A DNA stretch of 60,845 nucleotides, the filler included, from Sphacelaria rigidula (taxonomy: Eukaryota), in NCBI GenBank assembly GCA_964200075.2. It is 10 parts of 10 records of this genome, joined end to end, with 100 filler letters (N's around TTAATTAATTAA, not from the genome) between each part and the next. Parts side by side here need not be neighbours in the genome. Positions count along the whole stretch, not along the records: positions 6,096 to 12,090 come from CAXNAA020022939.1; positions 12,191 to 18,185 come from CAXNAA020022940.1; positions 18,286 to 24,280 come from CAXNAA020022941.1; 7 more parts are not named here. One strand, given 5' to 3'. The translations under genes and the position numbers were made by a program. The first letter of the stretch is position 1. Each line of letters starts with the position of its first letter. Under the pieces are notes generated by a model. It saw only the letters and a program-made list of their open reading frames with translations. It was not told the origin of the DNA and ran no database searches. Shown piece by piece: positions 11,145 through 24,380 of this stretch.

Positions 11145-11460
11145 GTTGTTCAAATTTCACAACGTGAACGTTCGTCATACTCCAGCCTAATGACAAGAAC
11201 AAACGCAATCAACACAAATATTACCCCAATGAAAATAAGAAGAGAGACGCCACGAAAAACGTGAAAAGTAGCTCCCCCGAGTTCCACGGGGTAGAGAAAA
11301 GAAAACTTCGGATCCGCAAAGAAAAGCACACCGACAGAAAAGGCAAAAAAAATAAAAGACGGGAAAAGACAAGTCAAAAGACAGGTGACACAAAGGGACT
11401 CGCAAAAGACAGGTGACACAAATACAAAAATAACCCCAGGCACTCTCATGGACCACCACC
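11145..11460 (-). mobile_element. Non-LTR retrotransposon 3' UTR and tail
   Basis: Minus strand is T-rich and ends CTTGTCATTAGGCTGGAG...TGTGAAATTTGAACAAC, a variant of the tail motif at 1995-2046. Confidence 0.5.
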
Positions 11461-12439
11461 ATAGCTATTTCGAGAGACCGTAGATGTACTAGTGAGCGTA
11501 CTGCCCGATGGACTACTGGTTACTTCTTGAGGATCCTATGTACGCACTGGGGGAGCTCTAGTGATAGCCTGCCCCTAGGAGGGCCAAAAATATTGTCTCA
11601 ATGTTTTTGCTGGCTTTTACGGCGAGTAATAAGATGGGCTCATTTTTTTTCCCGCCTTCGGCAAACTTCATCGTAGCGCGCAATTTTATTGGCCTGGGGG
11701 CCGGAACAACGTGGGCGACGAACACGGCGGGGGAGGCACACCGCACATGCCACATTGCACACCATGTACTTTTCCTCGTTTGCGGTCTAGAATGTGGGCG
11801 CTAGCGCACGGGCGCACCCTCAATCTGAAGTGCTGAGTGACCATGCCAGACTTTACTCATGGCAGAGAGGATGCATCCATATATGAACATATACCGATAG
11901 ATATCTAAAGAAACAGAGATATTCATGTATACATACTGATCAGTGTCAGTTGGCATCAGTAGATCGGGATCCAGGACGATGAGCTCACGAACAGCTTTGC
12001 ATACGAGAAATCTAGGACCATTCCAAGGGTCGGACAAATAATGATTCGTTTGGAAATTACTTGGTTTTAGTCTGACTGATTCGAATCGTANNNNNNNNNN
12101 NNNNNNNNNNNNNNNNNNNNNNNNNNNNNNNNNNTTAATTAATTAANNNNNNNNNNNNNNNNNNNNNNNNNNNNNNNNNNNNNNNNNNNNAATCAGGCCG
12201 AAGAAATCGTGAATTTGGTGATTTTGAGTCGTGATGATTTGTCCTAACCGTGAAATGTTTACAATTGCCCGAGGGACGGGTATGCCCTTGCAGAGATACC
12301 CAGTTGCGGTGAGGGTTTTTGTACCTATAGCAACGTCCATACCGTATCCGACAGGTTATATAAGGTGTAAGATTTCTAGACTGGTATCCGACATTTCTGA
12401 ACGTTCAGTGAGACTTCTATACCGGTACCCGACAATTAA

Positions 12440-12536
12440 CCCTTAGACCGCGAGATTAGTCTTTCTAGGTCATACGTACTTTTTTCACTTGAAATTGATG
12501 CCGATTCAACAGAAGACTCACCTCGCGGTCTAAGGG
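12440..12536. mobile_element. piggyBac-like MITE family A, best-preserved copy (97 bp)
   Basis: Perfect 15-bp TIR CCCTTAGACCGCGAG / CTCGCGGTCTAAGGG. TTAA TSD at 12436-12439 and 12537-12540. Confidence 0.92.
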
Positions 12537-14049
12537 TTAAGTCCGTTATGTACGAAATCGAATACCTAGCATACTACCCCTACCCCACAGAACACGTTGG
12601 AAATTGAAATTTCGATTTTACAATTTCATCGCTCTCAAACGCTGAGAGTTCCACATATATCGAAGTGGGACGCGATTCGATATCCAACACTACAAACAGT
12701 AGAGCACTTGAACACATCGTATTCTCAGCGATTTCTGTTCGGTAGAAAATGGTGATCAAGCTATTTTGCGGCATCTTGTTGCCAGAGGCCGCCACAAATA
12801 CCCCAAAGCACAACGAGTGTGTTGTGTGTTGTACTGTTGTATTGCCACATGAGACGCTAGACGGATCCACTACTGTTGTAATCTGTATACTACCAAGGAA
12901 CTACTGTCACGTACTGTAATGAGTACCGCACGCGCTTGAACTCCGCTGTACTTCACCTGTTTACGTGAAACAACGACGATATAGACCTGGTGACGCTTGG
13001 GTTGCAATGCGCTGCGGCGTAGGAGACGGAAATAGGCCCGAAGCTCCAGCTGTTGCTCGGCTGCTGCTCTAGCGTGACGTGTCCAGGATAATGACAAAAT
13101 AGTCATTTTTAGAAAATGATCCTTTTTGTGAAGTTGCCATCACAGTGTTCACCCTGGCGACAAATCGCCGACGCGTCGAGTGCAGCAGGGGGGGCTCAAA
13201 TAAGAAAAACTACAGGCTTCCGTAAGATGAAAGTATACGCCGGCCTACTTTTTCAGGCGTTACTGCATCCTGCGGCAGCATGGCAATCCGACAGGTAAAA
13301 TGCAACCGCATCGTATCCTTGTGGCGCCTGCATCGACCGTGTGACGTTACAGTACAGTTCTGTACCTGCACTGTACTGTATGATCGTATGTCGTGGGGTG
13401 AGGAGATGAAAACAGGATTGCCGCTGCCTCATTACAGCAGCTAGTATCCACAGAGTTCCAGTAAGCCGTCAGTGTGTGCTGCGCGAATAGTTCCATATGT
13501 GATGATGTTCGCCCACATGAACATATTTCCTGCGATTGTACTACAAAGTTCAATATGCGGGTTGTTTCGGTACAAACATGCCGCAGGATCTACCCACGAA
13601 TTTCAGTGACAAGCCGAAGATCCTTCCTCTTCACGGGATTAACCCTTGTAGGGATGAGAGTGGTGAAATGAAACAGGGTTCAAATCGCAGTCTCTTGGAC
13701 GATATATTGATGAACTCATGGTCCAGTTAAGCTTGTGCGAGAAACTCATGGATCATGCGTATGAGTATTTTTTGGGGCAGTTTAACCCTTTTAGACAACA
13801 AACCCCCCTCCGACGGACTCATGTAGGCCATGCCACATTTGGGATTCAGAGCAGCTCTTTTCTCGTTACACAAAACTCCCTTTTTCATCAACATGGGGGT
13901 GTTGGGCATCTGTATAGAAAATGGTCCCCGAAAACCCCGGACCGGTGTTGACCCTGCAGTCAATTGCGTGCAGCCAGTGTGTGTGCTGTGTGTTTTCGCT
14001 GGATACAACGGCAAGAAACAGGCAGCGTGCCATCGTTCTCCGCTGAACT

Positions 14050-14500
14050 CACAGTTTCATGCAGTTGCTTTCGAAATTTGCTACATTATGCACCCACGCC
14101 CCCAACCCAGCTTGGGAGAGGGAGGATAGGGAAAACCTCACAAACCACTCGTTCAAACACAGTGTGACGCCTCACGTACCCGACCGTTGAATCCCACCTG
14201 GAGATGGCGCTGAACGCAGTCGCACCAGCCTCGAGCATCGACACAACTCTCTCCACCAGCCAGCGTGTACACCCACTTTGTGGTGTACCCACGCCGCTGC
14301 ACCAGGTAATATATACCCGCACGCACCACAACTTAACCCCACTACAACAGCACGGTGCCTGCCGGCAATTAAACACAGGGGGCACAATAGTTCCGTCGGC
14401 CCACGGCATGCTCCGTTCCACTACGCGTGTAGCGATGCGAACGCGGCTGCGACTAAAATATAGTACATCGGATGAATCCCCCCACGATCGCGTGCTCACG
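14050..14500 (-). mobile_element. Second decayed tyrosine-recombinase 3' fragment of a DIRS/Ngaro element
   Basis: EAGATAFSAISRWDSTVGYVRR resembles the YR C-terminal GAT...GRWxS...YVR motif. 14060-14232 is a direct homolog of 15129-15299. Confidence 0.6.
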
Positions 14501-15124
14501 ATCCTGTCCGTGTCCTTTCAAACAAAATAAACGAACAAACCATCGCAGGGAGCGCCGGCCCCATCACATATCGCACGCCTGCTGGACCCTGCCATCGAAC
14601 ACCCCTTCCGCGCCACTTCCTCCGTCGAGAGCATCGGGCGGGTGGTCAGAAAAAGATGTTCGGAAAATGATATCACACTCTCAATACTGCCGCGGAAAAA
14701 CCAGCCCTCGGGAAAACGTTTGTGGAGAACAACCCGATTCCCAGGGAAAAAACCTCGACAGGGGCGCCATGCGCCGCAAACACAATCCGATAAAACGTCA
14801 AAGGGACGGGTGGGCGGGAAAAAAACCAGAAAACATCGATTCGCGATGCTGTCACCAACTGATAGTCGCACCACACCCGTCGGCCGGATCTCACAAGCCT
14901 CGACTTCAATCCAAACACAATTATTGTCACGTCATCGTGGATGCCTTACTGCTCCTTCCACACTGAACTGTCTCACCTGACTCATCACACAGGCGATCTT
15001 GCAGGTCAATGTGTTATGAAATCTGAAATAGCTTCGAGATACTGCAACCACTGTAAACATTTAGGGAAATTCTTCCCGCTCCTGCACAAAACATTGATTC
15101 TTCCCGAACACAGAGCCGAGCATT

Positions 15125-17880
15125 TTGTGCAGTTGCTTTCGAATTTTGTCACATTATGCTCTCCCGCCCCCAACCCAGCTTGGGGGACGGGGGTACGGAA
15201 AACCTTATGAATCACCCGTTTAAAAACTGTGTGACGCTTCACGTATCCGACCGTTGGCTCCCATCTGGAGATAGCGCTGAGCGCAGTCGCACCAGCCTCC
15301 GCAAGAACCGATGCCGACGCGCGTTGTTCCAGACACCGTACGTCATCAGCGGGGCATCCACAGGGAACGATTCATCAACTGACAAGAGCTTCAGCACTAG
15401 CGCGACCGTTTCGCCCCCGTCTTGAAATGTCAACGGGCTTCCCCAGCAAACACGCGTCACGACCGAGTTGGAATTGACCCCTTCGGGCTTCCGGAGACGC
15501 ACGTGCACCCGATCTACCATACCCCAATCATATCGACGCAACTGCGTCCTTCCCCGATAAAATGCCACATCACTTCTACGCACAAGGTTTCTGGGTGATA
15601 AGAACGAAACAGGATGAATATATCCCGTGTGACCTCGTCAGAAGGAAATGAAGGCACAGAAACTCAACCACAACACGTGGCCACCCGGGCCCCACGCAAG
15701 GGACAAACGTTCCCCATCCAACAACACCGACAATGCTCCGGCCGCCAAAGTCGTTGCTATGTTGCCATCACAGCGCGGTTACGCTTCAATCCCACCAACG
15801 CATTTTTACTAAACGAATATCTCTACTACGTTCTCACAGACGACCGCGCAGTCGCATTTCAGACGAGCCCGAGTTCAAAAAGCCTGAACACAGATGCCTC
15901 CCCTCTGTCCTGATGCCCTGCATATGCCACTGAATATCGGGACGGTGGGATGAGAGTTTAGCGGAAACACAATCCAGGGCCACCGCAAAATTGCTTTAGC
16001 CACATCATTGAAAAGCCCTGGAACGTGCTTCGTCTCCACACCCAGCCCAAGTCAATTTCCAGCACATCAAGCATGCGCATCACAGCACCCGAACGCGGCT
16101 CCTTACCCCCTCAGGGCTTATACATACCCACATTACGGTGTACGAGTTGTCTTCGTACAACCGCAAGTAACCAGCTCACAACCGTGGACGTCTCCTGCAC
16201 AGAAAATACATTGCCGGCGTCGATATTACCGTACCCAGTAATTCCAGTACATTGATCGGAATATCATCATTTGAGTGCACAGTAGGACCCTCAAAATGGT
16301 AATGTTCCTCAGCGGAAAAGTCATACCGCCGCCACATGCCCGACGGCAAACGATAGCCCCTGATAGCCGCGTCCGACGCATCCGGAGGCAAGGATATTGT
16401 GGGCGGGTGCAAAACCAACCGGATATCGGGGATGTTATTGCTCTTCCACGCCACGGCAATCCGTATCCAACGATGCAACGTCACACGCTAGATCACCGTG
16501 AACCTCCGGGCTCAATACCACCACCAACGCCACACGTCTAGATCATCGTGACACTCCGGGCTCAATACCACCACCCGCGCCGTCGTCGCCGCACCCTTTT
16601 TTTTGTAAGGCATCACCCGTCGCAACACGGGATGAGGAGGGGCGGCGCACCCCAGCCGATGCGAGCGTGCAGTGAACGAAATACTTTCCCGGGCATGGAA
16701 CAAACGAGACGTGCAGCCTTCGGTATACCGGAGATTACGATGATGCTGCTCCGCACAGCGACAATCCATCGTCAACCAGCTAACGCCATACGTCCAAATC
16801 ATCATGAAATTCCGGGCTCAATACCATCACCTGCGACTTTGTCTCCGTCCTCTTTGAAAACACCCTCCGTCACAACATGGAACGGGGAGGGGCGGCGCAC
16901 CCCAGCCGATTCGTGCGCAATACCACCACCCACGACTTCGTCGCCGCCCTCTTCGAAAAAATCCCCCGTCACACCACGAGATGGGGAGACAGCCCAGTCG
17001 ATGCGAGCATGCGGTGAACAAATGGCTTTCCCAGACGTGAAATAAACGAGACATGCAGCAGAAAACCAGTCAACGACGAAATGTCTCTCTCCGATGAACA
17101 CTTGCGTTCTCGAGGCCACTTCAACCACGACTTTGCTATTTGTTGCAGTTTGCCGCTGAATGCGAAACAGAGAGGGAGTCAATATCAATCACCAAACTCA
17201 GTACTTCCAATCGTGTATTGTATCCCAGGCCAACATTTGTTTTTTTTGCATCAAACAACACTCGCCCAGCAAACGAACACGACCAGGAGATAGGGGCTTC
17301 GCCGCAAACATCACTAGCCCTCTGGAAAAACTAAAACTTCCACCAGTATCCTATCAACATACTGTAGATGCACACGAAAGACGGATGTTCAAACCTGCCA
17401 ACACCCCCCGGAACTGTCTTACCGTCCACGGACAGAGTGACAATGCGCCCCTGTCGGCGCCGTGCTATCTTGAAAGACTGAGCTGCACGACGGCTGATGT
17501 CTGTCATCGCTGCGTGGAAAAACAGGATGTTGGTGTACGAATATTCCAATGCAGCCGCCATCACGCCGTGAAGTCCGGGATTGCTGCCGGTTAATTTGAA
17601 TTGATTTGAGTTAATTTGATTTGATTGCCGCACTTCAACTGACCCCCCAAAGATCCAACGGCGGAGACATGATATACGTACCCGAGACAAAACAAACCAG
17701 AAGCACTCGCTGAAAAAGAAAACAAAAGGATAAACAAATATGGTAGAGCAGAACAACAGTGGAGACTACGACAGCTGCGCCACCCGAATTCCAAACACGG
17801 GCAGCTACAGCCAAATACGCGGCGCGTGCCGAGTCCACAACAGCTGGCTAAACGCCTCGTTGACATCGAGTTTACTAATC
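15125..17880 (-). mobile_element. Decayed DIRS/Ngaro-type tyrosine-recombinase retrotransposon (RT - RNase H - YR)
   Basis: Motifs in order on the minus strand. RT: DVNEAFSQL, LEFGWRS..NPG, YVDRILVE (YVDD-like). RNase H: DASDAAIRGY...INVLELLG, DNS, KEPRSGAVMRML, HVPG. YR: RRSDVAFYRG..QL..W..DRVHVR...APL. Many stops and frameshifts. Confidence 0.8.
17593..17765 (-). mobile_element. LINE 3'-end insertion interrupting the DIRS RT
   Basis: T-rich UTR + GTTGGATCTTTGGGGGGTCAGTTGAAGTGCGGCAATCAAATCAAATT tail, lying between RT motifs FGWRS and NPG. Confidence 0.7.
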
Positions 17881-18285
17881 ACAGTGCGCGCTGAGGGGCC
17901 AAATTTCTACCGCAAGGACGCAATACGTATCAGGGATTGATACAATACCCGCCTATCTCACAAGGTAGTGTCTGCAGAAATTCGGTGTCGGCACCAACCC
18001 CCGTGTGCGGCGATGCACCAGGGAAAAAGGTGATAACATGAATGCAAGGGCAGGTCGAGTAGAGTATACTCAATTGCGAGGTAAATTGAAAGACGTACTT
18101 GACGTACTCAAGTTAGGGTAGAGTGTTAGGAGCCGTACCCCAAAAATAACTGGAAATCGACCCCTGAAACCCTACGAGCTGGGCCNNNNNNNNNNNNNNN
18201 NNNNNNNNNNNNNNNNNNNNNNNNNNNNNTTAATTAATTAANNNNNNNNNNNNNNNNNNNNNNNNNNNNNNNNNNNNNNNNNNNN

Positions 18286-18543
18286 GACAGCCTACGATGA
18301 GTTGCTTTATTGCCTGGTATCGCCACTTCCAGAGACAGCCATGGCTTATACACTGCCTCATGGGTGTCTGACCTTTGAAACACGATGTAGTACGATCATC
18401 CCCACTGTGTCGAGTTGAGGTTCTCCCACAAGATGATCTAGCTCGACTACCATCATAGTCACCGCAAAAAAATTGCAAGCGCGCAATGAAAAACGGAGAC
18501 CTGGTTGCCTAGCTTACGCAGTGAGTGGCGTGTTTTACAGCGC
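18286..18543 (-). mobile_element. SINE-like repeat, 5' half (cut by contig start)
   Basis: Reverse complement begins CGCTGTAAAACACGCCACTCACTGCGTAAGCTAGGCAACC, as at 56024. Confidence 0.8.
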
Positions 18544-19412
18544 AGGCGGGGAGGGGGAGGGAGGGGAGAGAGGTGTTTAACTTCTCGCGTCTGGTTCTTT
18601 TACCGAATTAATTTTTGCAAACCGACATCGACACCGCCTTGTCGGCGAAAAATTATCCGAAGCAGTTTCTTTTTATTTCATGTTGATTTGGCAGAGGTGG
18701 GCTAAAGTGGCGTTGCTGCGATGCAGAGGTAGAGTGCTTGGAGGGCTATTCGCAGTACTCCAAGTTTTACCAAAGCATACTCGATTGAAAGCCAATTTTT
18801 CTTGTAATATTTTCTCGGTTACCAAGACTCATCACCATTTTGATCGCAAACTTTGGGAAATGAGAGACATGAGTACCCGCACAAATTCAGGAACAGCAGT
18901 ATTATCCTACCTAGATATATACTTTAACGATTTCAGGGCGCACTGGTCGCTGAGGGTCCTACGCGTGCGCGGCTCCGGAATCCCGCTCTTGTGATATCTT
19001 CGCCCGACCCAGATCCGGATTATTATAATTGTTGTGATTCTCAACTTCCTGCAGGGGTTAGGTGTCAATGAAAAATTACAACGTCCAGTTTTATTTCTCT
19101 CGATATTCACTGCACTACAGCCGAGAAATCGTGAATTTATAGCACATTCGGCAAAAATATCACCCCCTAGATAAATGGATTTATATTCCATATTGTTGCT
19201 ACAACACAGAATCAGGGAACGTGCCGTGACCACGACCTGCTTTCTTTTTCAAGACCTACCGTCTCTCGAACTTTCGAGAGAACGGGACAAACTGACGGTG
19301 AAATTATCTCGCATGACCAAAAATGAAATTGAAACTTAATGCATCGCGGAGATATGCGCTTTAAAACACCGCGGCAGTGATCATGGGTATTCTGTGGGTG
19401 CATGTAATTGTG

Positions 19413-20248
19413 CAAGGGCAGGTCGAGTAGAGTATACTCAATACTCAGTATTTTCGGAGAGTCATACTTTTAGTACTCAAATTTTGAGGAGAATATTTGA
19501 GGCCAATGTACTCGATTTTCGAGTAGAGTATTTGAGGTCGACTCACTAAAAAAAATGGAGTAGAGTATTTGAGGTCATGCTCGACCTACTAAACATTTTG
19601 AGTAGAGTATCTGAGGTCAAGCCCAATGTCCCACCACTGACTCTCCCTTGGAGGAGTCACATATGCGGCCAGTAAAGTCGCTCATTGTGATAATATCTAC
19701 CCGACAACCCGTCTACTCGATTACTCAATGATGATGAGTAGCGCTCGGCACTAAAAATGATATTGGAAGGGTTACAAGTTATCAAGTATGTACTGCCATG
19801 GGTGCAGGCAGGTAAGCTAGGACAGGTAGGTTCATTGACCTGCACGTTTTGCTTGTTTTTTATGGCCATCATTCGCTCATACTCATTGTAGCCCGTGACG
19901 TACCGCCACTCATCTAATTGATGGCCATCGTTTGCCCATGTATTCAACATAGTCTGTGTAGTGACGTCACGAAGTCGCCGACGGTCACAGTTTCTCATCA
20001 TACCCAAGTGATACTCTATACTCGAGTATTACTGAGAGTGCTTACTCAATATTTGAGTAGAGCATTGGAGGTAGTAGAACTCGATCTACTCAAAATTTGA
20101 GTAGAGTAATGAGGCCGTACTCAATGTACTCACATTCTTAGTAGAGTATTTGAGGCCGTACTCGACCTTCTAAAAAATTGAGTAGAGTAAATACTCGGGT
20201 ATTTTACTCGAGTACTCAAAAGTACATTCTCTCCTCGACCTGTCCTTG
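19413..20248. mobile_element. hAT-like non-autonomous element (836 bp)
   Basis: TIR CAAGGGCAGGTCGAG / CTCGACCTGTCCTTG. 8-bp TSD TAATTGTG / TAATTGCG. GAGTAGAGTATTTGAGG subterminal arrays. Another left end at ~18045-18185. Confidence 0.85.
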
Positions 20249-21173
20249 TAATTGCGTTGTGCGCAGCGGCACCGGGTGAAAACCCGAGGGAGTGACAGCA
20301 TCTTAAACAGCGCTGTAGGTAATTTCATGTGAATGCATACGAGGTTGCCTGGCATGGGGCGCTTTTGTTGTGCGTGCAGAAATAGCAAACAGCGCTGTAC
20401 GTGATGAGTGTATGTGTGTGTTGTTTGCGCTTGGTTCACTTGTAATTGCGCCTTTCTTATTCGTTTACACGTGCCTTCGTTGACGTTTTGAATCAACGCT
20501 CGACAAACATACCTATTCCGTGCGCTTCGACACGCATGAGTCATCCGCAGTAAGATGTGGGCATGAAGATACCGGTCTAACGCAGTCATCGACAAAAACG
20601 CAATCAATTCTTCATGTCAGGTGTGCGTTGAGATATTCTCAAATCATCTTGTACGAAACAGATTGGTCAGCAAATAAGCTGAGCGGCGTTGATATGAAGG
20701 CATCGATGTTTACTGACCCTTATGGCGCAATTCAATTAATCTCGCCGAATCAATGCCGGATTGTACCACAGCGTATACCACGGCGCTGTTTCTGACCCCA
20801 AGAAATCATGACAAAACTGAAACATGAAATGTAACCATAGCTGTCCGCCCCACCCCCACGGTGCCGCTTCTCAACAACCACACACAAGTAAATGACTGAC
20901 ACGGAGATGTTTCAAGGTTTTCACATTCCGGGGTGAATCCAGCTTTCGCAAAAAAGTAGGTCTGCACTGCTTCCACTCAACAAGGCGGTATCCATTCCCA
21001 GCACCTCCGGGTTAAAAAAACAACGTGGCATAAACATAATACGCATGAAAAAATGTCTCTGACTTGGTCTATATGGCGACAACTCCGGCGATCCCCTTCG
21101 CTAGTATTGCGGATGCTCGGTTGCTTGAGCCGCTGAAGCCGGGTGGACCACGCCCACTTCCTCCACCCCCATT

Positions 21174-21866
21174 AGTCGCTCAATCGGCCACCCTCTCCTT
21201 CTCCAAAAGCATTTGCAGTATCACCGTCTTCAGTGTCACCACTCAAGTCCAGAGGGGCATCGCCGGCGCCAGAAGTGTCTGCTGGGCCATGAGGGTCCCC
21301 TGGCGACCCTACTCCCGCTGGGACGCGGGGACGGGGTTATCGAACAACTCCCGAAGGTCAGGCTCGACCTCCAGCGCTTTCGCGGACTCGCAAGGGGCAA
21401 CGGCTGGGCCAGGAGTGTCTGCTGGGACAGGAGTGTCCACCGGCGGGGAGGTTATCTAATAGCTGAAGAAGCTCAGCCTGGACTTCCATCACCTTCACGG
21501 ATCCGCCCTAGCCCCTCTTCCCGCACAACTGTGACAGCTATTAGATAACCCCCCCGCTGATGCCCCCCCATGTAGCCCCCCTGCCGGGAGTTGGGTCGCT
21601 GGTGGACACTCCTGTCCCAGTAGACACTCCTGGCCCCACCGTCGCCCCTTGCGAGTCCGCGAAAGCGCTGGAGGTCGAGGCTGACCATACTGAGCTGTTC
21701 GATAACCCCGTCTCCACCCCCCGCCGGGAGTTGGGCCATCGGTGGACACTCCTGGCCCAGCAGACACTTGCAGCGCCGCCGCCCCCCTCTGGACTTGAGT
21801 GGTGATACTCAAGACGGTGCTGCTGCAAACGCTTTTAGAGAAAGGGGGGTGGCCGATAAAGAGACT
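21174..21866. repeat. Long imperfect inverted repeat (arms ~21174-21465 and ~21535-21866)
   Basis: Perfect inner 16 bp GGTTATCTAATAGCTG / CAGCTATTAGATAACC with a 69-nt spacer. Shared blocks CCCCTTGCGAGTCCGCGAAAGCGCTGGAGGTCGAG and CCCCTCTGGACTTGAGTGGTGA. Confidence 0.9.
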
Positions 21867-24380
21867 GGTGGGAGTGGCCGGGGGATGGGTCACCGGTAGT
21901 GTTCTGTGCCGCTTGTTTGATTATCCACGCCGGTAACCCCGGGGATTTCGCCTCTGGTTCAGGCCCCGGCGTGTCCGCTCCCCTCGTCGTACCCATTGCT
22001 TATTTCGCCGGCCCGACCCGAGCTGTCCCAGCCGCACCTCCGCTGGTTACTGCCGGAGATCCCCCCAACCCTTACCCGACCTCCATCTTGGGGTCCCACG
22101 GAAGACGCCTCTGACAGCGCCTCTTGCCCCGGGTTGTCGCCATTTACCACAAGCGTTCGCCTTCCGTTTCGCATTTGTCGCACCCAATTCCTTCCTTTTC
22201 TCCGTTTCGTTCGTGTCAGCGATGTATTGGAAGTCCTGGCCGTGCGCCCAGTGGTTGTCTGCACTTTGACCAGACGGTAGATCCTCCTTCACCAAGAAGC
22301 TGTAGAAAGCGGAGATGGAAACATTCAAGATTTCGGTTGCAGCAATCTCTGTGAGTACTCATGCGCGGAATACTCATGTTTTTTTTTTTTTGTGGAAACT
22401 GAGTTTCACATGAAAACAGATTATGTCTGGATACCCTAGTCCGGGTAAGACCACACGATAACAGTTGGCGTAGGTGGGTGAAAAAAAGACGACGGCACCC
22501 TGAGTTTCCGTTCCCGCAGTACCTTTGAGCGCGTGATCGAACGCCCCGTCGCCAAAACCGGCATAATCGCCGCCCCTAACGAAACAAGTTGGGCTGGCGC
22601 TGCGTCCGGCGCAAGGAATCACCACCGCGTCCGAGTGGCGGCCTTTTAGGGAATCATTTGGACAACAGTGGGCCATAATGTGTGTTCGGGGGGGTGTTCG
22701 AAGAGGGAGGAGGGAGAGAGAGAGCGTGCGAGAGCACCGAACTCAAACCACAACCAGTACATATTATTTTTATCTGCCGCAACTTGTTACGTAACCCAGG
22801 CAAACAAATAGCCTCTGACCAGCGAGCGGTTGTGGGGTCACCATTATTCACCACCTCCTTTACATCGCTTACACCGTAGTGCCAGTATCAGCTGTCTGCA
22901 GACCACTGTATTGCTGCATGCAAAGAGTCGTCTGCATCGTACCATACAGGCAGTACCGAACTGACTGTACCGCACGTTGTTGAAATCATTTCCGTATCCT
23001 TCCGGAAACCTACGGTGCAGACACCTCGTGATAATCTTGCGGTACAGTACACGGTTGCACATATCCTACGAGAATGTCATTCAAAATACTGTTCCGAAAC
23101 AAAGCCCGGCACCCAAAGGGTCAAGCTGGCTAGGAATGCACACCCCCTTGTTGTACTTACGTGCGACTGGCACAACCCAGTGAAAGAGTACTTGCCTGTC
23201 CCAGATGCGGTTGAACCCTCTCCTCTGTCCTCCGCTGTTCTGATACTTGGGATCATAGTCTGCCGTTCACGTTGTACAGCTTCAATCCTGTGTGAGGCAC
23301 GGAGTGACGTAGGTTCAAAAGCGGGAGGTAGCTTTCACCGACCATGACGCATCTACGGGTGGGATTGGGCGAACGGGACACTGCAATATCGGGGCACACG
23401 CGTAAGGCGTCCTCGCGTCGTCTCTCCTGTTTGCAATAGCCGCCTATCTCAAACCACTGCAGTACGGTATCCGTCAGTAGTGACTTCTTCGTTTGATACA
23501 CAGCAGACCGCCACGATCCACGCCCGTGCTGCTCTGCAAAGCCCATGTCAAAAGCAACAGCTCTTACCCTTGTCGTTTGACGTATCCCCGCCCATCAGAT
23601 CCTTGGTGAGCTATGCGGGTCGGTCGATGTTTCACATCTTCCACCAGCGCAAGAAGCTCGGCACGGTGAACTCCTTGTACCCGAACCTCGCGTATGCCAT
23701 CTCTCCGTTTAGTGCTCATCGCCCCGTTGTGGCGCTTGGTCACCGGGCACTAGCAAATGGCTGCGTTTCGAATGACAGCCAGGCTCCTTCCTGGCTGTAA
23801 CCTCGGGCGTGCTATTTGACACCCTTACCAACATGTCAGAGTAGTCGTCGCTGCCTGGCAGCAGCAGCGGCTCCACGACCATGGTGCGAGCGTTTGGCTA
23901 GTGTAAAGTTCAAAATGCAGCAAACCCCCGCGGAGTGAACCTTTGGAACCCTCCCGCTCTTTCTTTACCCCCCCCTCCCATGGACCCCCGAATATATATA
24001 TATATATATATATTTGTACATGGAATCGTAAGAAAGAGTCAACATTTCTGGTCGTATTTTTTAGATGATTTTTTTTCTTAGGCGGCTAGAAAAAAACAAC
24101 CGGAAGAAATGGTCTGGAGTTGGTATCGTTTGAAAGATGGAGATAAAACATCGGGGAAGCCGATGAAGAAAAAATCGGCACAACACCCATACATGGGGAT
24201 ACATTTTTGTAGTGAAATGTGCAATTCAACCAATCAGAGACCCTTCAGTGAGGAATCGGCGGAATCTAGCGCCAATGAAANNNNNNNNNNNNNNNNNNNN
24301 NNNNNNNNNNNNNNNNNNNNNNNNTTAATTAATTAANNNNNNNNNNNNNNNNNNNNNNNNNNNNNNNNNNNNNNNNNNNN

